From positions 5,166-40,086 of the forward strand of contig JAKUOE010000003.1 in the NCBI GenBank assembly GCA_022449845.1: 34,921 nucleotides of DNA. Reading direction: 5' to 3'. The notes under the pieces were generated by a model that had not been told where the DNA came from, did not search any database, and saw nothing but the letters and a program-made list of their open reading frames with translations. Of the stretch, positions 26,918 to 33,424 are shown in pieces. This DNA comes from Candidatus Thalassarchaeum sp. (lineage in GTDB: Archaea; Thermoplasmatota; Poseidoniia; Poseidoniales; Thalassarchaeaceae). The translations under genes were made by a program, and so were the position numbers. Every line of letters begins with the position of its first letter. Position 1 is the first letter of the stretch.

Positions 26918-27331
26918 TTAATCCTCGGTACATTTCCTCAATGCATCCGCAAGCTCATCGGGAACATCGATCTTGTCGAATGTCTGCATATCAACACAAA
27001 CAGTGACCACGCGCGCGTCCCAACAGAGAACTTCGTCCTGATTGTAGAATAGATAACGCCACACAATCGATGAATTTCCGACGGATTCAATCCACAATTT
27101 ACACACAACCTCATCACCGTATCGTAGTGGTGCAAGATGATCGGCTGAAGTGTGGACTGCAGGGAAGCCGAGGTGCATCTCTTGGGTAATGACTGGATAG
27201 GAAATTCCGCAAATCATCTCCCATGATTCCTCAAAGAAACGATGCGCCAAATCGAAGTATTCGGGATAGAAAACGACCTGCGCTAAATCAATCATCGGGA
27301 AATCGACCCGGCGGCTGAGCATGACGGCCAT
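26918..27331 (-). CDS. Hotdog-fold acyl-CoA thioesterase (4HBT/YbgC-like)
   Basis: 137-aa ORF. The pattern IDLAQVVFYPEYFDLAHRFFEE...GFPAVHTSADHLAPLRYGDEV...IVWRYLFYN...VVTVCVD fits the YbgC/4HBT family layout. Confidence 0.6.
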   Translation of the reverse strand: MAVMLSRRVDFPMIDLAQVVFYPEYFDLAHRFFEESWEMICGISYPVITQEMHLGFPAVHTSADHLAPLRYGDEVVCKLWIESVGNSSIVWRYLFYNQDEVLCWDARVVTVCVDMQTFDKIDVPDELADALRKCTED

Positions 27332-27362
27332 GTCACTGGCTTACGCACCTCTGAGAAGAAGA

Positions 27363-27439
27363 TGGCGGACCCACCGCGATTTGAACACGGGTTTGAGGCT
27401 CCGCAAGCCCCAGTGATATCCAGGCTACACTATGGGTCC
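27363..27439 (-). tRNA. tRNA-Arg: tRNA-Arg (anticodon GCG), CCA encoded
   Basis: I folded the minus strand GGACCCATAGTGTAGCCTGGATATCACTGGGGCTTGCGGAGCCTCAAACCCGTGTTCAAATCGCGGTGGGTCCGCCA by hand. The 7-bp acceptor stem is GGACCCA/TGGGTCC. The anticodon stem is GGGGC/GCCTC with loop TTGCGGA. The T arm is CCGTG-TTCAAAT-CGCGG. The discriminator is G, followed by CCA. Confidence 0.9.
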
Positions 27440-27480
27440 AGCGGGCGGTCCACCGGACACTGTGTCTTAACCCAAACGGT

Positions 27481-27726
27481 TCATCCTTTGTTGGTGTAAA
27501 TCCGCTTACCAGTCATGGAATCCTGCTTCCAGACGAGTTCTTTGCAATAACGCGGGATGAAGAAACCAACTTTGCGGGGCGTGAGCCCGTGGTTCTTCAT
27601 CTTCAGATCGATTGACAGCCATGCAACAATTTGCGATGCTGTACAACCAGGATTCCCGGTGACATAATTGAGAATCTCTTCTCGCAGTCGGCGGAGCCTT
27701 GCTTCCTTCTGTGATCCCTTGGCCAT
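27481..27726 (-). CDS. Small basic winged-helix-like protein (81 aa)
   Basis: ATG 27726 gives MAKGSQKEARLRRLREEILNYVTGNPGCTASQIVAWLSIDLKMKNHGLTPRKVGFFIPRYCKELVWKQD. This looks like helix-turn-helix plus wing. The track's 20-aa N-terminal extension crosses the palindrome at 27767-27784. Confidence 0.5.
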   Translation of the reverse strand: MAKGSQKEARLRRLREEILNYVTGNPGCTASQIVAWLSIDLKMKNHGLTPRKVGFFIPRYCKELVWKQDSMTGKRIYTNKG

Positions 27727-27766
27727 GGTATCTAGGTGTCTCCGGAGGTATATGAGGAAATACATG

Positions 27767-27784
27767 GGGACCCCCGGGGGTCCC
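27767..27784. repeat. Perfect 18-bp GC palindrome between two small genes
   Basis: GGGACCCCC|GGGGGTCCC. It lies 13 nt downstream of the stop at 27797 and 41 nt upstream of ATG 27726. Confidence 0.5.
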
Positions 27785-27796
27785 AACTCAGAACTA

Positions 27797-28153
27797 TCAC
27801 TGCAAAGGCAACATGACCTTCCAACGGGGTTCGGCGAGTTTCTTCGATTTCGGGCCCGTTCGAGTGTTTTGGGTCTTGTGCGTCAATGTACCATGCATCC
27901 CATGAACACTGAATTTGATGCGAGCTTCAACCACGCGGTCTCTCTCAGCCAATTGTAATGCATCATCATCCAGTTCAATGCTGGCCAAAACGCCTTCATG
28001 AGTGGGTTCACTCAATTCGATTGCATTTCCAACCAATGAAATGCGAGGCGAGAAATCGTAATCATCTGGATCGTTCATCCAGACATCCAAATCCATGACG
28101 ACCTTGCCTCTGCTCGAGACCTTCTTGATGTCGATTGAGGTCACCATCGACAC
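27797..28153 (-). CDS. Hypothetical protein (118 aa; acidic body, basic tail)
   Basis: The ORF has a coding-like composition but no motif I recognise. It is preceded by an AT-rich region (28154-28318) containing AATTGTTAC-AATAATTGTTCAC repeats. Confidence 0.4.
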   Translation of the reverse strand: MSMVTSIDIKKVSSRGKVVMDLDVWMNDPDDYDFSPRISLVGNAIELSEPTHEGVLASIELDDDALQLAERDRVVEARIKFSVHGMHGTLTHKTQNTRTGPKSKKLAEPRWKVMLPLQ

Positions 28154-28318
28154 CTTCGAGAAGACTGGGGTTCAAATCGCTTCCCATGGATAATCATGGT
28201 CAAATTGTTACAATAATTGTTCACTATTTTTCATTCGGGAGGAAACGTACGTTTGCGACCCAAAATCATAGGGTTTCGCAATTATTTTTGTTTGGTATGT
28301 CAGGTACACCGGAGATAT

Positions 28319-29530
28319 TCAAACTCCGACTTCGCTGATGCGTGGAACCAAGAATGTGATTTCAACAACGAGTTCCCACTCATTGCCTCCATCCGGATCA
28401 ACCTCATCAACAAGGAAATCCGGATCTGATTCCTCAGCATCGATTATCCAGAGCCAATCACCTTCTCCAAATCCTGCCCCAGATTGTGCGTCGAGCATCT
28501 CAATCAACTCTTCAAGTGAATCTGCAGTGAGATTGTGGGCATCCTCCGAGAATGGATTCAGGTTCAGATACTCCATCGAGGCTGAGGCATTGTGGGTGAT
28601 GTTCCCCTGTTCTGTGCGAACAGTGTGAGTCCAACTGTCATCCGGAACATCGACTGTCAATGTGAAATTGTCCTGAGGCAACATGATTGGGAGGATATCC
28701 ATGGCCAAGGTCAACGTTGCGTTAAATGACATAATTCGGCCCTCCTCACCCGGTTGATGTGTGATGGTGTGGATGTGTTCCTGCTCTAGATATCCGTCCC
28801 AATCGTAGGTGACCGTTTTCACTTCCCAGATGACCTGGTATGTTCTAGGTAGAACTGTCAGGTTCCACATTCGTGTCGCACTCGCTTCTGATTCGTCGGT
28901 GACGGTGACAGAGCCTGAGTAATTCCCACTCTCGTATGGTGTGAAGCGATGGACAGCACCCATCGCATCATTGTCGTTGGTGGCATCTCCATCGTTGTCA
29001 CTGTCTTCACTCCAATCAAGATCCCAAACTGTGGTCAATTCTCCATCCTCAGGATCTGAAGACGATGAGGCATCCAGTGTGACGATGTCGCCGGTGCGAA
29101 TCGCAGTCGGCATGGAGAGGGAAATTTGTGGATATCCGTTGACACTGAGCAACGTTGTTGCCGTATCATCACCATCGAGGTCGTTGACCACAGTGACACT
29201 GACCTCATACAGGCCCGCATTACTGAATGTGTGACTGGTGTAACCTTGAACCGTCTCAGACTTCGAACCATCCCCGAAATCCCAACGATATGCAGTGATG
29301 ATAGTGCTCTCTGGCGAAGTCGAGGCGCGAGCATCGAAATTGACGGACTCACCAGCGTTGATGGTGGAACGATCCGCTTCGACTCGTGCATTCGGCTCAG
29401 GTGGACCGCCCAGGCCGGTGCAGCCCGCGAGCATCGGCAACAGCATGGTTGCGATGACGAGTAGGGTCAGGGGTCCTCGCGAACCCATCGAAATCGACCC
29501 GGGGTTGAGCATGTCCAGTCGACCTGACAT
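28319..29530 (-). CDS. Surface lipoprotein with two PKD domains and a C-terminal uncharacterised domain
   Basis: 403-aa ORF with lipobox-like LLPMLAGC. PKD signatures are VNFDARASTSPESTIITAYRWDFGDGS...HTFSNAGLYEVSVTVVND and VTLDASSSSDPEDGELTTVWDLDW...HRFTPYESGNYSGSVTVTD. Confidence 0.8.
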   Translation of the reverse strand: MSGRLDMLNPGSISMGSRGPLTLLVIATMLLPMLAGCTGLGGPPEPNARVEADRSTINAGESVNFDARASTSPESTIITAYRWDFGDGSKSETVQGYTSHTFSNAGLYEVSVTVVNDLDGDDTATTLLSVNGYPQISLSMPTAIRTGDIVTLDASSSSDPEDGELTTVWDLDWSEDSDNDGDATNDNDAMGAVHRFTPYESGNYSGSVTVTDESEASATRMWNLTVLPRTYQVIWEVKTVTYDWDGYLEQEHIHTITHQPGEEGRIMSFNATLTLAMDILPIMLPQDNFTLTVDVPDDSWTHTVRTEQGNITHNASASMEYLNLNPFSEDAHNLTADSLEELIEMLDAQSGAGFGEGDWLWIIDAEESDPDFLVDEVDPDGGNEWELVVEITFLVPRISEVGV

Positions 29531-29652
29531 CCTCCTTTAGAAGCGTGACGATGCATTGTCCATTCAAATCGCGCCTTTTCTGGACTTCTACGAAGTCCCG
29601 GGCGACTGGCGAATCAGAGGGTTCAAGCGACGTCGCGGTTTCATTCGGTTCC

Positions 29653-30477
29653 ATGGCGGCAGATCCTCTGGTCGGATATCGTGTACTGGGGTTCGACCTC
29701 GAGACCACGGGATTCAGTCCCAACAAACATCGAATCGTTCAGTACGCTTTGATTGGGTGTGATGTGGATGGAACTGCAATGCATCTAGAAGATCTGGTGA
29801 ATCCACAGATGCGAATCCCAAATGAGACATCGCAGATTCACGGAATCTATGACAGTGATGTCAAGGGTGTACCAGAATTCAGCGAATATATTTCTCGAAT
29901 TTCAGAGGCCATGGAGGGTGCAGTCATTGTGGGTCACAATGTAGATCGATTCGATTGGCCGTTTCTTCGAGCTGAATTCCTTCGGGCAGGGAGACCCATG
30001 CCCGAACCACTCGCAATCTTGGATACGCTCAAGATTGCCCGACGACTGAAGATTCCACCGAGCCACAATCTGGGTCGGCTTTGTGAACGATTTGGAATCT
30101 CTTTGGAAGGAGCGCACACTGCTGGAGCGGATGCTGCGGCTACGCTGTTGCTACTCCACAAGATGATGGCTGCACACCCCCAACATTTTCGCCAAGCTGT
30201 CGTTGATATTCCTGATTGGTCCGATGGTTCAAATCAAAAAAATAGCGAAACAGAACGGCTAGGGCCAGATATTGACGATTTGGAATTGGTCACCGGTAGT
30301 CACGGATGGCTTCGAATCGCAGAATCAGAAATCGTCGTGGGACGTGGAAGGAACCGGGGTCGGACGATTGCAGAACTTGAACGGACAGATGCCAATTATC
30401 TCAACTGGCTAGGCTCACCAGCCGGTCCACTGGATTCCGAAGCAATCGATACACTACAATCCGTACGGATTCAGTAA
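29653..30477 (+). CDS. DEDDh 3'-5' exonuclease (DnaQ/epsilon-like) with a C-terminal DUF3820-like domain
   Basis: Exo I is FDLETTG, Exo II is GHNVDRFDWPFL and Exo III is AHTAGADAAAT. The C-terminal part VVGRGRNRGRTIAELERTDANYLNWLG resembles the G-K-x-K-G-x-T..YL-x-WL module. I prefer ATG 29653 over GTG 29545, which would leave only 14 nt to the divergent gene. Confidence 0.8.
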   Translation: MAADPLVGYRVLGFDLETTGFSPNKHRIVQYALIGCDVDGTAMHLEDLVNPQMRIPNETSQIHGIYDSDVKGVPEFSEYISRISEAMEGAVIVGHNVDRFDWPFLRAEFLRAGRPMPEPLAILDTLKIARRLKIPPSHNLGRLCERFGISLEGAHTAGADAAATLLLLHKMMAAHPQHFRQAVVDIPDWSDGSNQKNSETERLGPDIDDLELVTGSHGWLRIAESEIVVGRGRNRGRTIAELERTDANYLNWLGSPAGPLDSEAIDTLQSVRIQ

Positions 30478-31323
30478 TCAAGAGCGCTTGATGGTCGCTT
30501 CAATCGAATAGGGGATGGTCCCTATGATGACAAAGATTGAACCAACTGTACCCAAGATGTAGAACACAGTACCTCCAGATATATCGTCTGGATTGATTGA
30601 GGGGAGAGACAAATCGGGCATCGCTCCTGCGAGCATGTAGAGTCCGAAAATCAAAACGGTCCACACAAGCATGAATGTCAAAAGCACCTCGGTGAACAAT
30701 CGACTGGATAGGCGTAGAGAATCCATCCAACCAAGCAGGGGGACATCGGCGCCATCAATGGCGATCTCCCTTTCCCGAAGTGATTGGTTGACTGCAGAGA
30801 CGACAATCTGAATCAACGCAATTGTTGTGAGGCAGATGGCCGAGAAGGTCATGATGATATTGAGAAGGGCTCCGGTGGAGTCATCCATGCTGTCGAGCAT
30901 TTCGCCCCCTGCCCATACGAGGGTCGCAGATACCAAGAGTAGAGGCAGAGCGACCATGATTGATTGCATGCCGAGAATAAGAGTCCGATATCCGTTCAGG
31001 AATGTGCCGAAGCCGAATTCAGAATCGGTCTGATCCCAATAATCCTCGATATTCGCTCTCTTCTGTTCGGACTTTCCGTGATACTGCTTTTCGAAGTAAC
31101 GTTCCAACTGCTGACCTTCAACCTGATCTGTAGTCGATAACTGGGGTCGCTTGACAGCAAAACCACCAAATCCGCCAGATCCTTGTTCAGATTCGTCGAC
31201 GACGTCGTCGTACCATTCTCCACCTTCATCTTCCTCCTCAGGAGTTGCGCGAGATGGAGGTGAGCGCGTACGTTTCGATTCCGGGGGGCCGCGACGACGC
31301 TTGCCTGACTTGCCCCCCTCCAT
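30478..31323 (-). CDS. Hypothetical membrane protein with a charged cytoplasmic N-terminal region
   Basis: ATG 31323 (MEGGKSGKRRRGPPESKR...) is preferred over TTG 31332. About five hydrophobic helices follow residue 110. Its stop abuts the exonuclease stop with zero gap. Confidence 0.55.
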   Translation of the reverse strand: MEGGKSGKRRRGPPESKRTRSPPSRATPEEEDEGGEWYDDVVDESEQGSGGFGGFAVKRPQLSTTDQVEGQQLERYFEKQYHGKSEQKRANIEDYWDQTDSEFGFGTFLNGYRTLILGMQSIMVALPLLLVSATLVWAGGEMLDSMDDSTGALLNIIMTFSAICLTTIALIQIVVSAVNQSLREREIAIDGADVPLLGWMDSLRLSSRLFTEVLLTFMLVWTVLIFGLYMLAGAMPDLSLPSINPDDISGGTVFYILGTVGSIFVIIGTIPYSIEATIKRS

Positions 31324-31373
31324 GCATCTCAAGAAGGGTATGGACTCTTCAATCCCACGATGGATAACCCATG

Positions 31374-32546
31374 CTATTCCACCTTACGACCCTCTAACAT
31401 CGGTGACCAAGGCAAAACATCGCACCAATCACCCAATTTCCAGGTCTCACCATCGAGACGGACACCACCGAGGAACACTGGTCCCTTGTGACCTTCCTCG
31501 ATGAGGGATTGCAATCGCTCAAGAGCTTGTCCTGCGAACACTGCGCCAGCACGCTGACCAGTTGGAGCCAATTCACCGGACTCGTTGACCGGAGCCATGC
31601 GTTCAACGAGGCAGATTCCATTCTCCACTTCCACCTTCTCAAGAATGGCAACCATGTCTCTGAAAATTCCGGTGGGCTTCATTTCACCCTGTGCCTGTGA
31701 CCACAACCATGCGGGGCACCACGCCTTCCATTCACAGAATCCACAGGCCTCCTGATTTGGTTTGGCCTCCATGGGTGTATTCGTGAGTTTGCTCGCCTCC
31801 CATGCTTCAAAGGCTTCAGGCAACACACTCGGCCCTTCAGCCTCAAAGACAACTGAACCCTCAGAATACCACCCCTCGGCGCGTACAGGAGGGTGGTCTG
31901 GATTGTTCTCACAAAGGATGTCGCGATAGAAGCGAAGTTGCCGGCTGACCGTGTCATACAATTCTCCCTGAGGAGGTTTTCCGGTCTTCAAATCGGCAAC
32001 AATCCAGCCGACGATGTTGCCCTCTTCATCATAATCAGAAACCAATAGATCCAATCGACCCATGAGGCGACCACAAGATGTTCGAAGCGTGCCTTCAGCC
32101 GCGAGGACCATCTCTTGAATCGAACGCCAGGTGTCAACAGAGACCTCGGAGAGCGAAATTCTGCCCGTACGCGCTTTGGCGAAGAGGATGTTGAGGGAAC
32201 CAATCAGCAACTTTCGCGCGCGAGGATATTCTTCTTGCTTCCATCGAGGATGGCGAGGTGTCTTGAGAAAGATTTCTTTCTCCAGTTCCCACTGTTTCTC
32301 GAGAATCGCGTTGGCTGTTGGAGGCAACCATCCAACCTCATCGCCATCTCGGCCCGTCAAATCCAGATTGCACATGTCTTCGACGCTGTTGTGGACTGCG
32401 GTACCAATGGCGCTGGCCATGCCGGCCTTGCGGGGTAAACGCTGCCTTGAGAGCCAGAATTTCCGTGGACAGGATGCGAAATTGTTCCATGACGACGGGG
32501 AGAGTTGGTGGCCCCGTTGATCGTATGACCATTGTTTCATCGCCAT
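31374..32546 (-). CDS. Cas4/AddB-like PD-(D/E)XK nuclease with a 4-Cys Fe-S cluster motif and a C-terminal extension of about 105 aa
   Basis: 390-aa ORF with C26 (FASCPRKF), GRLD166LL, D185-L-K187-TGK, Q203-LRF-Y207 and C268-x2-C271-x5-C277. Residues 285-390 match nothing I recognise. Confidence 0.7.
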   Translation of the reverse strand: MAMKQWSYDQRGHQLSPSSWNNFASCPRKFWLSRQRLPRKAGMASAIGTAVHNSVEDMCNLDLTGRDGDEVGWLPPTANAILEKQWELEKEIFLKTPRHPRWKQEEYPRARKLLIGSLNILFAKARTGRISLSEVSVDTWRSIQEMVLAAEGTLRTSCGRLMGRLDLLVSDYDEEGNIVGWIVADLKTGKPPQGELYDTVSRQLRFYRDILCENNPDHPPVRAEGWYSEGSVVFEAEGPSVLPEAFEAWEASKLTNTPMEAKPNQEACGFCEWKAWCPAWLWSQAQGEMKPTGIFRDMVAILEKVEVENGICLVERMAPVNESGELAPTGQRAGAVFAGQALERLQSLIEEGHKGPVFLGGVRLDGETWKLGDWCDVLPWSPMLEGRKVE

Positions 32547-32626
32547 AATTTGACACCCCGGAACGGCTCCGCGCTACTGCTCTGTTCAGCCCAAGCATTA
32601 ACACCACCGATGGGCGGGCATGGTTC

Positions 32627-33424
32627 ATGGGAGAGTTGCCACGGGTCAAGGTCTCGGATGGAGCAGTAACAGAGGGTGCACTGGTCATTTCCTGTTTTCC
32701 AGGCGTCAGTCATGTGAGTAGCATTGTGGCTCATTACCTCATCGAACGTCTAGAACTGAAATTTGTCGGTGGTGTTGCGGATTCACGCTTGCCACCAGTT
32801 GCACTCATCCATGAAGGGAAACCAATGCCGCCGGTTCGCATGTACGCAGGGAAACCAATCTGCAATATGGAACAATGTGACAGTGTTGTCGTGCTCGTAT
32901 CCGAAGCCCCCATTCCACCCAAGTTGATGCTCCCACTATCAGAAGCACTCCTGAGTTACAGCCATGAGAAGAAGTTCCAAGCCGGTGTTCTTGTCGATTC
33001 CTTCAGCCACCAACAAGAAAGTGGGCATGAAGTGATGGATTCTGACGATACGGATGAAACGCTGCTTGGAATTGGAGCCACCGACTGGGCCCTAGAACAA
33101 CTCACTGAAATGGAAATCCCTCTACTTGAAGCCGGAATGGTCGCGGGAATGAGTGGTGTCTTGCTCGGAGAGGGTCGTCGTCGTAAACTGAACATGATGT
33201 GCATCATGGCAGAAGCGATTGGTGGAATCCCTGATGCGCGAGCTGCAGCCCGAGTCATCGAGAAACTAAACAAATTACTTCCAGCCATGGAACTGGATAC
33301 AGAACCGTTGTTGGAAGAAGCCGAGCGAATTGAGGCTCAAATCAAGGTCATGATGGAAAATCAACTCGGATCTTCAGGCGATGATGATGCCGATGATGGT
33401 CCGAACGCAATGCTCTATGGTTGA
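32627..33424 (+). CDS. PAC2-family proteasome assembly chaperone paralog 2 (C-terminal HbYX motif)
   Basis: 265-aa ORF that shares blocks with 20131..20937 (GMVAGMSGVLLGEGRRRKL, IPDARAAARVIEKL, LLEEAERIE). It ends ..NAMLYG, which is hydrophobic-Tyr-X. Confidence 0.75.
   Translation: MGELPRVKVSDGAVTEGALVISCFPGVSHVSSIVAHYLIERLELKFVGGVADSRLPPVALIHEGKPMPPVRMYAGKPICNMEQCDSVVVLVSEAPIPPKLMLPLSEALLSYSHEKKFQAGVLVDSFSHQQESGHEVMDSDDTDETLLGIGATDWALEQLTEMEIPLLEAGMVAGMSGVLLGEGRRRKLNMMCIMAEAIGGIPDARAAARVIEKLNKLLPAMELDTEPLLEEAERIEAQIKVMMENQLGSSGDDDADDGPNAMLYG

Noticed and set aside
28170-28186. TTCAAATCGC, matching the T-loop region of tRNA-Arg, recurs at about 28171-28180 and about 29564-29573; I considered these as att-site remnants flanking the PKD gene
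   Set aside because: These copies are on the opposite strand to the tRNA. Identity stops after 10-11 nt. A 9-mer version also occurs inside a coding region (about 31987-31995). Simple integration would require direct repeats in the same orientation.
29545-29652. 36-aa N-terminal extension of the exonuclease ORF from GTG 29545
   Set aside because: It would leave only 14 nt of divergent promoter space to the PKD gene. The extension has no exonuclease-family content, and ATG 29653 directly precedes the Exo I motif.
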